Shown here one piece after another: positions 25,161-38,600 of a stretch of 64,000 nt of DNA (its first letter is position 1; each line of letters opens with the position of its first letter). The DNA comes from Mobula hypostoma (lineage: Eukaryota), in NCBI RefSeq assembly GCF_963921235.1, contig NC_086109.1:15812001-15876000 (forward strand). The letters run 5' to 3'. Both the position numbers and the translations under genes were made by a program. A model generated the notes under the pieces. It did no database searches and was not told where the DNA came from. It was given only the letters and a program-made list of their open reading frames with translations.

Positions 25161-27499
25161 TTTTTGTGTTTGCTCAATTGAGGTTGATGGGGCTAATTCT
25201 GACCATGTAATGTGATGCACTGTCTTACAACTGGGTAAGAATGGGAACAGTAGAGGGGGAAGAATGTTGTTGAATTTCTCTGGGGGGGGGGCGCAGTCTC
25301 CCGTAGAAAATCATTCATTTACTCGGATATCATGTGTACATCGAAACGTACAATGAAATGTGTCATTTGCGTTAACAACCAATCTCACCCCAGGATGTGC
25401 TGGGAGAGTCTGAAAGTGCCACCATGCCTTCTAGCGGCAACATAGCATGTTCACTATGTTTGGAGAGCACCACTAATAATAACAACGACAAAAGAACCAC
25501 AGCAACAAAAACAATAACAGCAAGAGAAGCCCCGTTCCTCCCCCCACCCACCAATTCGCAGAAATTCCCACTAGTGAACTGAAGTGAACTGAATATGCCC
25601 GGACTCTTTCAATTTCGTGTTTTTCTATTCTGTATTTTTCACCTGTCACTTAATGCCGTTTGCGTGATTTTTTTTGTGCGTGGGGTGTGGGGGTGATTGA
25701 TATTTTTCTTTGAATGGGCTCCATGGTTCTCTTTGTTTTGGGGCTAACTGTGGGGAAAAAGTATCTGCATACATACTTTGATAATAAATGCATTTGAATC
25801 TTTGAATTTTTTATGGCTGATCCTTGAAGCTGATGAGTGCCTACAAACATGAATACTGTCTCTCAGTATCATTTTATATACGATTCTATCTGAAAGAATA
25901 TTTTTCTGAAGTGTACAAGTCACCAAATTACACAACAATCAATAATGTTGTTCTTATTTGTGCATGGTTATCTATAGTTTTGGAGTTTAGTTTACTAACA
26001 TTATCTGACAGAAGCTGTATGGTTTCGGCCTCATGCCTCAGAGCTGCTAAGGCTTTGGGCCTTGCTCAGCAGCTGATGTGTGAGGCCTTAATGAAGGCAC
26101 TCACAAAAACGCACTTCACAGAATGCTGAGTGTGGACGGCGGGTATTCCTCCTTCATCAGAACTACAGCACAGTAGCTCAAATGCTCCTGTCACTCTGGT
26201 TACCATGGTAGTAGAAATTACTCCTGTGATTGGCCAAGACAACCTGGCTGAAGCAGCATTTAGCATCCAATGACTCTTCCCATTAATCATCATTGGATGG
26301 AAAACCTCTCTCTCTCTTTGTCCTTAAATTGTCTTTCATCAGGTATGTCTATGTACAGAAACCAGACTCCTTGTCAAATAGCCAGGAAGTGTCTGTGTGA
26401 TGCATGTTAATTAACACAGCAAGGCCAGAGAATTAATTCAAATGCATTACAGGATATTAGGCAATGTTGAAATACTGAACTCTGAGCAGTATCCTTGCAG
26501 TTAGCTGAGTCATCTCAGTGAGCTCTTGACAGAATTATTTTCCTCCCTTCAGTCTTTCCACAGTCATTGTCTTCTGTTCTATCAAGTCACACATGTTCAT
26601 GACCTCTTTCTGTGTGACAGACTGTAAAAATAATGAAAAAAGAAACCCAGCTTTGTTCACCGTAATGGGTTTGTAATCTGTCTTTCTGCTTTGCCTTCAC
26701 CTCTCATTCTTGGCCATTGGCCGACACTGGCAAGGTTGACACACACTCAAGGAAATGCAGTGTCTGATCCTTCAATGGCTGGAAAAATCAATATGAAATA
26801 GGTTTGATTCCTCAGTACAGAAATGCATCTAAGTGATGCCCTTTTTTCCGTCTAGTTACACTGATACTACAATGACGATAGGTGAAACATTTGGCAGACC
26901 TGTACAAACAGCTATGCATTGATAACATAGCAAAGGAATAGGCCATTCGGCCCACAAAGTCTGTGGCGACCAGTTAAACTCATCCTATCTGCCTGTACAA
27001 AGTCTATATCTGTCGATTTTCTGTAGTGCATATGCCTGTCGAAAGACCTCTTAAATGCCACTATTGTGTCTGTTTCCACCACCATCACTAGCAGTATATT
27101 CCAGGCATCTACCACCATGTCTGTAACAAGCTTACCCTGTGCATTCTCCTAGCTCAAACCTATGCTCTCTCGTATTTGACATTTCCACTCAGGGATAAGG
27201 ACTGATTCTGCCTCTCTGAATGTTATAAACCCCTGTCAAGTCTCCCCTCAACTCCTGTCACCCTAAAACACAACAATCTAAGATTGTATGATTTCTCCTT
27301 ATCATTTATATTCTCTAATCCAGGCAGTAGTGGGCTGAACCCCTCAGGTTCCTCTCCTATGTTTCGATCCAACCTGTAATGAATGACCGGAACTGTACAC
27401 AAATTCCAAATACACTGTATGCCTTAAACTCCACACAGCTACAACTTGGCTTCCTTACTCTTATACTCATCATCCTGACTGATGAAGGCAAACATGTGA

Positions 27500-28262
27500 A
27501 TGTCTTCTTTGCTACCTGCTTCACTTCCACATGATCTTAATGCCCTTTATGCTCACTTTGACCATCAAGCCACAGCGGAACCATCACAAACTCCTACAGG
27601 CCCCCATGATCCTGGGATTTCAGTCTCTGAGGCTGGCATACAAGCAGCCTGCAGGAGGGTGAGCCCACGAAAAATATCCGGCCCAGACGAGGTACCTGGC
27701 CTAGTACCGAAGACCTGCGCTGATCAACTGGCTGGAGTTTACTGAGGTCTTTAAGCTCTTGCTTCGGAAATGTGAGGTACCCACCCCCTGCTTCAACCAG
27801 GCTACAATTATGTCGTTGCCTAAGAAGACCGTGGTATCATCCAGTAGCACTTACATCCACAGTGATGAAGTGCTTTGAGAGGTTGGTGAAGAGAAGTGAC
27901 TTGGATCCACCCCAATTTGCCTACCGGAGCAACAGATCCACAGCAGATGTACATTGGCTCTTCACTCAAATCTGGAACACCTGGACAGCAAAAATGCATA
28001 TATCAAGATTCTCCTTATTGATTACAGCTCGGCATTCAATACCATCATCCCCTCAAAGCCAGTCAATAAGCTTTAAGAATTTGGCATTAATACCTCCTTG
28101 TGCATTTGGATCCTCAATTTCCACACTTCTAGACCCCCATCAGTTCAGATTGGTATCAACATCTCCTCCACCATCTCCATCTGCACAAGTGCACCACAAA
28201 ACTGTGTGCTTAGCTCTGTGCTCTACTCACTTTACATTTATGACCATGTGGCTAAGCACAGA
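27500..28262 (+). pseudogene. Rex1/Babar RT fragment
   Basis: TCADQLAGV, PVALTSTVMKCFERLV, QFAYRSNRST, APQNCVLS..LYSLY in shifting frames. Confidence 0.85.
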
Positions 28263-28578
28263 TTAGTAACAATTTGTTCCCGTTCTGCTTCTTTGGATTC
28301 CGAGATGGCTGAAAAGGGAAACTTAGAGTTTTCTTTGCACGTGGGACTGGAAATGTTTGATGGGATAGGTGTGTGCATAGAGTAGAAGATGCTGCGGCCT
28401 TGCTGATTTCATTGGGCTTTCACATTCTCCTGGTGAAGGAACTCATGTTGAACGCGCATGAATTATGTTCGATCTCCCGTGCCAACATTCCCCGCCTTGA
28501 TGGTCCAATTATATTTGTTGGAGTGGGAGTGGTTCTCATGGATGAGACACATAGTTAGTCTCAAATAATCTGCTAGAG

Positions 28579-28658
28579 CAGGGGTTCCCAACCGGGGGTC
28601 CATGAACCCCTTTCTTAATGGTATTGGTCCATGGCATAAAAAAGGTTGGGAACTCCTG
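28579..28658. mobile_element. hAT (Charlie-like) MITE, 80 bp
   Basis: TIRs CAGGGGTTCCCAACC / GGTTGGGAACTCCTG; perfect 8-bp TSD TGCTAGAG (28571-28578 / 28659-28666). Confidence 0.9.
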
Positions 28659-29811
28659 TGCTAGAGGAACTAGGGGAGCAAAGGAATTGTCGATGTTTTG
28701 GGACAAAACTCTATATCAGGCATGGGAGTGAGATGCATTGCTTGCATGCCTGACATCAATTGCAAAAGTATTTCGACATGGCTAGAAATTGTTTGGATTC
28801 AGGAAAATCTAATGCTTGTGAATCTCTACCCTGGACCAACAAATGTATAAACTTTCAATTTCCCTGATCAAAACATTATATTAATCTTAAAGACTTCAAT
28901 CGGGTTAGCTTTATATTTTCCTGAGCTAATTCATTCTGGGATTTAAACTGACTACTCATGATCGTGGAGCAAGATCAATAGCTTAAATTCCAAGTAGGAG
29001 GACAGCAAAGCACAACAATTCAGCAAAAATACAATGCAATTATTGGCAGCAGAATCCAATAGCAACCGACGGCTGCAGGAAATGTAATGACTTTCCAGTG
29101 CCTTCCTCTGATTGTCACTCGTAATGAACAAGAATTGACAAGGCAGCACAGAGGTTGTACAGGAACAGATGTGAGGGAATCATTTTCTTTTCCTGAGTGG
29201 ATTACATGACCAGTGAATCTTGTAAAACTGAGCACTCATTAATAGTGAAAGTTGGTACAAAAAAGATACTAAATTTAAAGGCCTTGTGTCTACTGATGTA
29301 AAAAGCTTGTGAGATTGTTGATTGAAGCATTATCTAGAGCAGAAAAGCAGCAAGAGGGAAAGGGTTATTGTTGCCACAAGTATCATCCATACAATATCTA
29401 CTACTTCTCATTAGTACTTTTCCCATTCCCCCTTTTGCTGATTTAACTTTTTATTGATGCCTTGAAGATTTGATCCCTTAACTATTCCAGGTGGCAGTGA
29501 GTTCCGGATTCCCAAGAGTCTCGGGATAAGGAAGTTATCCATCCAAAGGTGCTGCCTGATTTGCGGCCTTTCTTCTTGACTGTTTCCGGCACACAGAAAT
29601 GGAAGGGGAAGTGGATGGATGTGGATGAAAAGCTGCAAGAACAGGAGATTGTGCACCACTCCACCTCCAGGTCAACAAGTGCCCCCCCCCCCAAGGCTGG
29701 CAGGTCTCAGGGTTGGCGGTCCGTGTGGCAGGGCCTGTGTTCCCCTAGGTATTCCTGGAGTGTGAGGAGCCATCAACGGCAAGTCTGGAGTCCGGAGGCA
29801 GAGGCGGGGTT

Positions 29812-30612
29812 AAGATGGCGCAAAACGTCGACTCCTTTGCTCGCATCTTCAGAAACAGCTCTCTTCCATCTTCAATATCTTTATTTTTTCCCTTTCAGGG
29901 TTCCTTTGAAGACCCTGACCTGGAGTTACACGCTGACTTTGGATTGTTGCGGGAATGGGACCCGTTATTGGGGTTTCAGGACTGGCCGTTGTTCGGCACG
30001 CCAAGGGTTCGGCCTGAGAGTCAGGCTCGTATTTGGAAGCCTAAGATCTCGTGGCTCTGGTGATGGGCAGATCGAGGGACGGTGTCAAGGCAGGAGACCC
30101 GTATGTCGTCGGGGGAGTTGGAGAATCTTCTGCTGTGTGCCCGAATACCCGAGTTCCTTGCGATCTTCAGGCACAGAGCTCGAAAAAAGCGACATAACGG
30201 ACTTTTAACATCGTAAATCAGCAAGTTGTTTGTTATGTCTCCCCGCTCGCTGGGAAAATGGAGGCACCTCCCTCTCCCTTATTAGGGAGAGAGGGAGCCT
30301 GTGGCACGTTGAATGCCGGTGTGAAATGCAAAGTCTTTGGGGTAACTGCAAATCTGTGCCTTTGCTATTGTTTTGCTCACGCTTGAGCGCGATGTTTGCT
30401 TTTTTTTTGCTGGGGAGGGGGGGTTGTTGCTTGCTGCTGCTTACTTGCAGGAGGGGGGAGCTGGTGGGGGGGTACTTTGGGGTTCTCACATTTAACCGTA
30501 GCTCATTCTTTGGGGCACTTCTCTGTTTTTGTGGATGTTTGTGGAAAAAAAAAGCATTTCAGGATGTATATTGTATACATTTCTCTGACATTAAATTGAA
30601 CCTTTGAACCCT
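29812..30612 (+). mobile_element. Rex1-related bipartite non-autonomous element
   Basis: aagatggcg start, CpG-rich body, 3' end tgtatattgtatacatttctctgacattaaattgaacctttgaac shared with Rex1 tails. Confidence 0.7.
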
Positions 30613-32980
30613 TGAGTCATTGGCGAGTCCTGGGTTCAATATCAAAGCCACAGGGATAACATGGAAGCTCTACATACAGGAGATCAGGACTGAATCCACA
30701 ATGCAGGCCCCATGAGGCAGCAGCTTCACTTAGCTGCGTCACCGCACTGGCCCTGTTAATTGTGTTTGGGCTGAGTTGGCTTCAGGCTCCAGCAAGTTTC
30801 AATTGATAGTAGCCAGGACAGGTTTGGGTTGGGTTCAGAATTAGAATCAGGCTTATTATCACTGACAGATGTCATGAAATTTTCTGTTTTGTAGCAGCAG
30901 TGAAATGCAATCCTTAAAACGTTACTGTAAGTTATGAAAAAAATAGCACAGATGAGAAATAGCAAAGTAGTGTAGATGGATTCATGGACAGTTCGGTAAT
31001 CTGATAATGGAAGGGAGGAAGTTTAGTCTGAAACATTGAGTGTGCGTTCTCAGGTTCCTCGACCTCCTCCTTGATGGTCAAAATGAGAACAGAGTATGTT
31101 CGGGACGATGAGCGTCCTTAAAGATAGATGCTGCCTCCTTGAGCCACTGCCTCTTGAAGATGTCCTCGATAGCTGGAAAGCTTGCGTCCATGGTGGAGCC
31201 AGCCGAACATGAGGCCCTCTGCAGCCTCTTTTGTTGCTGTACATTGGAAGCGCCATCGCCATCTGAGCTTCTGTAGTGTCATCCGCAAACTTGAACCATA
31301 ACGCGGAGCAGGACTTGGATCAGAGCACTGCACTAAATGGCAGAGCACTTCCTGAAATCAGATTAGGTTTCGTATTCCTGACTTACACGTCACAACACAA
31401 AGCAAGTCCTCTTGGCCCATCTGGACTTTTCCAGTTCATAACAGAGCAACCTTATTGCTCGCATTCCCTCATCTTCTTATTCCTTGTGGTCCTGCAGCTT
31501 ATAAGAGTCATCAAGGATCAAGGATCAACTTTATTCACCATATATGTCAAAGGATTCAAAATACATTGATTATCGAAGTCTGTATGCAGCATACAACCCT
31601 AAGATTCATTTCCCCACATTCAGCCATGAAACAAAGAAAGCCCAATACACAAACAAACAAATTGTGCAACCCGTAACAAAAAAGAACGAGAGAAAACACA
31701 AAAATGAAAGAGTCCACATTCAGTTCAGCTCGGTGTTCATTATCTGCAGGTCACCCCAATTTAAAGTCGCCCAAAAATAGCAACAGGAAAAGGAGCGAGC
31801 ATGAACCAGAAAGCACATCATAATGTGACCTACAGTCCAATCCACAAACCACGTCAATTAAACCTTGCTCCGGCACAATTCTCTGACAGCATTGAGGAGA
31901 GAGAGAGAGATACACATATTAGGGACTTTCCATGGTGTGCTGCTATGACATGCAAGAAAACCAACAACATTCAACAATTATAAAGAATAAAGAATTATAT
32001 AAAAGTAAAGTTGGAAGTTAAAGGATGGTTATGGAATAAAATGTGCATAGATACATAAATACCAGCATGTATTTACAATGTAAGAAACATAAAATGTGGC
32101 TTAAAGTGTTTACAGTGCAGTGCGGTGATTCAGGCAATAGATAGAGGAGGAGAGTGTGGGGTAAATAGAAAGGCCGATCAGATTAACTGCTTGGGGGAAG
32201 AAACTTCTAAGGTGGCATGAACTTTCCATTTTAATAGCTCTATAGCACTTTCTGTAAGGGAAAGCAGTTTGGAAAAACTGGTTTGCAGGGTCCGTAGTGG
32301 CCACAATGATTTTTCCTGCCTGCTATTTTGTCCTGGGCACCTACACGTCCTGCAGTGATGGTTAACTGCAGCCAATGACCTTTTCCGCTGATCTGACAGT
32401 CCAGTAAGTCACTTGCAAACTTATAAAAATTTGTTTAGGCTGCACTTGCAGTATTTTGTGCATTCCTTTACAGGAATGACGTGGAGGCTTTGGAGAAGAT
32501 GAAAAAGAGGTTCACCAGTTTGCTGCCTCGATTGGCGAGTATTAGCTATAAGGAGAATTCCACTTGGGATGTCCTCACTGGAGCAGTGGAGTGCTATAAA
32601 AGGTTATAACATTGTGAGAGGAGCAGATAGGAGAAATGTCAAGTACTAGAGGGCATAGCTTTAAAGTGAGATGGAGAAAGTTTAAAAGTGATATGTGGAG
32701 TAAGTTTTCTTTTATGTAGGGTGTGGTGGGTGCCTGGAAAGCATTGATCGGGATGGTGGTGAAAGCAGATCCAACAGTGGCATTTTAGAGGCATGTGGAG
32801 AGGAACAAGGATATTCAGAGAATGGAGGGAAATGGATCATGTGCAGGCAGAAGAGATTTCTTTAATTTGACATCATGTGGGTTAAAGAGCCTGTTCCTGC
32901 GCTGCATTGTACTGTGTTCTGTATGCCCTTCAAATTCCCTATGATTCTTCTGCCATTTATCGGCATCAAGGGCCAATATA

Positions 32981-33554
32981 CACTCAGTAGCCACTTTATT
33001 AGGTACACCTGTACACCTGCTCATTAATGCAAATATATAATCAGCCAATCACGTGGCAGCAACTCAATGCATAAAAGCATGTAGACTTAGTCAAGAGGTT
33101 CAGTTGTTGTTCAGACCAAACATCAGAATGGGGAAGAAATGTCATCTAAGTGATATTGCCCATGAAATGATTGGTGGTGCCAGATGGGGTGGTTTGAGAA
33201 CCTCAGAAACTGCTGATCTCCTAGGATTTTCTTGCACAAGTGTATCTAGAGCTTACACAGAAAGGTGTGAAAACCAAAAAAAAAAAAATCCAGTGAGTGG
33301 CAGTTCTGTGGGCAAAAATGGCTTGTTAATGAGAGAACTCAGAGGAGAATAGCCAGAGTCGTTCAAGCTGACAGGAAGGTGACAGTAACTCTAATAACCA
33401 CGAGTTACAACAGTTGTGTGCAGGAGAGCATCTTTGAATGCACACCACCATGCACCTTGAAGTGGATGGGCTGCAACAGTAGAAGACAATTAACATACAC
33501 TCAGTGCACAATTCATTAGGTATAGAAGGTATCTAATAAAGTGGCAACTGAATG
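32981..33554 (+). mobile_element. Tc1/mariner deletion derivative, copy 2
   Basis: TA|cactcagtagccactttattagg ... taataaagtggcaactgaatg|TA; MGKKCHLSD..SETADLLGFS transposase HTH remnant. Confidence 0.9.
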
Positions 33555-34882
33555 TATTGCTGCCAGCTAACCTTAAACAACTCCTTAGGATAAAACTGAT
33601 TACAGTTCTAGGTGGGAACCTGCTATGTAGGTACAAGCCATAATGCAGATGACTGACACCCATGTGGTAGTGGATGGGTTATATAATCTCCACACAGGGA
33701 GCTGGGAGTCTCCAGGATTAATCGATGCAACACCGAACTGTTCTTATATTGTGGTTTCAATGGAAGTGTGCTCAGGGAGAAGCCGGCTCCATGGTTGAAT
33801 AACTTATCCTCACTCAAATATAGACGGCAGGTATTTGACTGAGATTTCTAATGTTCTGACTCATGTTTTAAGTGTTCTCTGTTGGACTTGGTTTAAAATG
33901 CTGATATTTTATTCATTTTTGTTTTTAACCTTGTAAATCTACACACACGCACACACACTTCCTTTTCCTCCCTGTGCTCTGGGCTTCCTGATGCTTGTAA
34001 TTGTTTTATTGTAGTTTACCTCTTTGTGTCAACATAACCAGCCGTGGTTTGCACAAACTTCCTAGGAGATGTTGTGACAGTACACAGTGAGATGACACAT
34101 TTAATGGGATTTAGTCAGATGATTACTCAGTTTGAAATACATTGCCTTTTTCACATGTTGGAGCATACACATTAAGTAACCGTTTTAATTCCACATCTAA
34201 CTTGAGCTATGGGAGGAGGTATTCATGACTAACATACTCTGAGCACAAGTGTTCCACCTACAGCAATCAAAAGGACAGAAAAAAAGTCTAATCATTATCA
34301 GCATTCTTCTTCTATAGGATCAACTTCAGGAGTTCACCCAGACTCCTTGGGCACCACTTTCCAAATCCACCACGCTTACCAGCTGGAAGGACAAGGGGAG
34401 CAAAAGACTGAGAAACACCACCAACTGGAAGTTGTTCTCCAAGCCACAAACATCCTAACTTGGAAATATATCCCTGGTCAAACCCCCGGAACTTCCTCTC
34501 TAACAGCATTGTGGTGTACTCACACCTCAAAGACTACAGTGAGTCTATGCAGGTATACGGGCTGAGAGGATCACAGGGGTCTCCATACTATCCATTGGGG
34601 ACATTTATCAAGAGCGCTGCATACACTGGACCCTTAGTATTTTTAGGGATCCCGCCTATTCATCCAGCATCCTCTTTGACTTTCTACCACCAGGCAGGAG
34701 ACTCCAATGCATAAAAGGATGAACGGTCTAGATGGGAAACAGTTTCTTCCCTTAAACCATTAGGCTTCTGAACTCCCTGCTGCATTACATTCAAAGTGTC
34801 ACTGGTTAATCTGTCCTATACCTTACAGAACTTAATGTATGCACTTTAGGTCACCCTAACCATGGACTTTTAACTCTCCTCC

Positions 34883-35165
34883 CATCTGGTAGGTGCTACA
34901 GGAGCCTCCGCTCCCACACCAGCAGGCACGGGAAGAGCTTTTTCCCTGGGGCTGTGAGACTGCTGAACCTCTCATCACAGCACTAAGTAGTATTGCATCC
35001 GTATTGTACTGTCTTAGTACTTTTATATTTGTGTGTGTAGCACTTTTTTTATTCGCAGTTATTTTGTAAATAACACTATTCTTTGCGTTTCTGGTCAGAT
35101 GGTAAATGTATTTCATTGGCTTTGTATCTGTACTTGGCACGATGACAATAAAGTTGAATCTAATA
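34883..35165 (+). mobile_element. Rex1/Babar 3' end (young subfamily)
   Basis: Highly similar to 46400-46683; ends gacaataaagttgaatctaat. Confidence 0.8.
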
Positions 35166-35221
35166 TAGTTTCTTTATGTTACATACCTCATGGAGATCTT
35201 GTGACTTTCTTGTGAGAATGA

Positions 35222-36034
35222 TGTAATGACCTTTTGGAGGTCACCTGATGTAATTTTCCCGCCAATGTGAGGTCACGTGATGATATGTTCACCACAGCTA
35301 TAAAAGGCAAGACCCTTGGTGACGCAGTTAGTGTTTCAGTTAGAACATCCATGAGATACCCCGCTCCGCTGCGTATTTACATTTATGACGCAGTTTTGAT
35401 TTTAAACAGAGTTTTACGTTCTAATGTAAGGTACAGAAATCTGAGCCAGCAGTTTGACCAATCGCTGCCAGGTTTGTTAATGTATCTTTTCAGTAACATT
35501 GGAGATTGAAGACCGGACCCTGAAGGAGACGTTTGACGGGTTTGGAAGGGATCAACCATTATATAATTTATTCAAGAAAGAGTGATCTGCATGAGATAGC
35601 CTCTGCTAAAAGTGGTAGAAAAGGCTGTGCAGGATCTATTCTATGGAGGAGGAAGGTCAGTGCCTTTAAAACCGTTTTATTTCTGTCGTCGTGAATCCTG
35701 TGGACAAGGCAGGATCCGGCTGGGAGTGGCAGTGACGTTGTGTCTTCGAGGAATTCGTTACTTCATGAAAGTCTCTCCTAATTGACTATATAAATGTCTT
35801 GGACTTTAAAATTTACCATTCGAGGAACTGTGTTTGAATTTATCGCTTTAAGAACTGGTTTCGCATTTATGGCTTTAAGAACTAGTACTGAGTAGCGGTT
35901 TACTGAATGGCCGCATAGCTGTTTACTTCCGGTTAGGGTTTTCATGTTTTTTTCATTGTTTATCAGGGTTTAATAAATGCTTGTTTGTTTATAAATATTG
36001 ACTTGATATATTCATTGTTGCCGATCATGTGACA
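35222..36034 (+). mobile_element. Solo LTR, ~810 bp
   Basis: TGTAA...TGACA termini, TATAAAA at 35299, AATAAA at 35972; TSD not clean. Confidence 0.7.
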
Positions 36035-38258
36035 ATTTATGTGTAATCCATCTGTAGATTTCATCCTTACTTTCATAAGTTATTATGTGTTATGTATACC
36101 ACTGTGCTTTATAGCCTGGTGCAGAGGAATGTTGTCTCGTTTGATGGTGTGCATGTATATATGTATTTAAATGACAATAAACCTGGCTTGACTCACATCT
36201 CAGTGACTGCAATGGTCCAAGAAGGCAGTTCTCCACCACCTTCTCCACAGGAACTGGGATGGGCTGGATCATTCTATGAAGCCCACACACCTTGAATTAA
36301 TTATAATAAAAAATTACATCACCACACCAATCATCATTAGACCACCTAAAGTAGGAAACTCTGGAGAGAAACAATAAGGGTGCACAGTAGTCCCAGCGAT
36401 TTGATTTGATTTTCGGGATACAGCGCAGTAATAGCCCTTCAGGCCCAATGAGCCCATGTCACCCATTTAGAGCCATGTGACCAGCTAACCTACTAACCAT
36501 CTCAATGATCTCACTTTAAGCCTCTTTATCTTGTTATCTCGTTCTCGTTATTTATTGGTAATTGTTTATATTTGCAATTTCTTGTCTTCTGCACTCTACT
36601 TGATCTTTCATTGATCCTGTTATAGTTACTCATCTATAGATTTGCTGAGTATGCCCGCAGGAAAATGAGTCTCAGGGATTTTATGTGGTGACGTTTATGT
36701 ACTCTGATAATAAACTTGACTTCGATCTTTGATTTTTGGAATGTGGGAGGACACCGGAGCACCTGGAGGAAACCCACATGGTCACAGGGAGAACATTCAA
36801 ACTCCTTACAGAGAGCAGCAGGACTTGATTTCTGGTGGCTGGCACTGTTGTAACATTGTACTAACCACACTGGATTAATATTCTCTTTTAAGGGGAAGTA
36901 ACTTGTATGATTTGAAGCCACGTTCACTTCAGTTTTAACACATTTACGCATGCACATCCATTCACAGCACACTCCAACCAGCTGAGCATCTGTACACCAT
37001 GTGAACATCACCAGATCCCTGGCTTGTTTCATGAGGTCAACTGACTACAACAACTTAAACAAAACAAAACAAAAGTTCCTAAGTTACTTCTTGGATAAAA
37101 AAATAAATAGGATATTTAGCCAAACCAGGTAGGTTTAAGGAGTGATTTAAAGGACATTTTAAAGTTTAGTGAAAGTAATCCAAGGCTGGGGCCTAAGCAA
37201 ACACACATCTGACTTGTCAATGCTAATGTTAAAGAATTGTAGAAAGATTTAATTGACTCTGAATTAATGTGTTTCTCACAGTTGTTAATATCTGACATTA
37301 TACAATCTCCTTATTCCAGCTATGAATAATGGGTTATCTGCTAGAAAAACTGATAGACTTTCTTCTCCATCTCAGCTCTAGGGCATTGATTGTCAATTGT
37401 ACCTGCCAATAGCAATCAATAAGACTAAATCAGCAAAGACTGAGGAGACTTTCTAGCCCCTGCACTCAACATCACCGGAAGTAGACCTTTACGTACTTAT
37501 ACTGAATTAAATAAAATTACAAATGAAGAATTTTAGCAATGTCTGTGGGTGAGAGAAAAAACTCATAGTTTAGAGCAACAGACGCAAAATGCCGCAGGAA
37601 CTTAGCAAGTCAGGCAGCGTCTATGGAGGGGAATGAACAGCTGACGTTTCTGGCCTTCTAGCTAAATCAATGAGGAATGTTAGCTCTTGGGAGTTACAGG
37701 TTACCAGCTCCAAATATTGCCTTGGTGTTGTTTCTCCACTGCTGTTGACTCTGCAGCTCTCCTTTAGATAACAAAGGGCTATGTTTCTAGAGAACCCACT
37801 TGTTATAGCGGAAGGCAGCATTCCCTATGGTAATTGTTCAGTGAAGTATATTGTGCTAAGATCACATAAAATGCATTTAGGGAGCAAGTATTTCCACACA
37901 AGAAAATGGAAGGAGAGATACGGGGATGATGGTAGTGGAGGTCGAGACTGAGACGAGTGAATCAGGCTGGAGAATGCTGACATCTCAATACATTCGCCAC
38001 CTTTCCTTTTAATGAACAAAACCTTCATTAATTGATGAATTAAATAAACCGTTTGTTAGGACAAAGCTTTGTAAATAAATGTGCTTCAGCCCTTTAACTT
38101 TCCCACCTATCATCTTCATGCTTCTGATTTCATCCTTCCTTCCCTACTCCTCACCTTTCAGCTTGTAGTCCTTCCCCTCCTCCAGCTTCTTATTCTGGCT
38201 TCACAGGGAAACTACAATGTGGGGCAAAGTGCAGTAGATGTGAAATGGTAGTACAGAG

Positions 38259-38600
38259 ACAACACACGCAGAATGCTGGAGGAACTCAGCAGGACAGGCG
38301 GCACATAGACAGTCCGTGTTTTGGGCTGAAACCCTTCATCAGGCCTGAAAGGAAGAAGCAAGAAGCCAGAATAAGAAGATGGGGGAAGGAATACAAATTT
38401 GTAAGTGATAGGTGAAACCAAGTGAGGGGGTGTTATTCTAGTTTCTTCCCCCTTCCTTTCCATTCCTAATGAAGGGTCATGGCCTGAAAGATTGACTGCT
38501 TATTCCCCCCCATAGAGGTGGCCTGTTCCGCTGCTGAGTTGCTCCAGTATTTTGTGTGTGTTACTCTAGATTTCCAGCATCTGCAGAATCTCCTGTGTTT
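38259..38600. mobile_element. Penelope-like remnant, inverted pair
   Basis: Left arm caacacacgcagaatgctggaggaactcagc is the reverse complement of right arm gctgagttgctccagtattttgtgtgtg; mutated hammerhead motif in each arm. Confidence 0.75.

Noticed and set aside
29549..30208. 219-aa ORF, the longest in the track
   Set aside because: Mostly within a GC-rich non-autonomous repeat; no protein motif
34083..34121. CACAGTG heptamer (others at 39362 and elsewhere)
   Set aside because: No ACAAAAACC-like nonamer at 12- or 23-bp spacing
37695..37725. AIFGAG resembling an antigen-receptor J-segment FGXG motif
   Set aside because: Continues NL* rather than T-K/R-L-x-V, and no recombination signal is visible upstream
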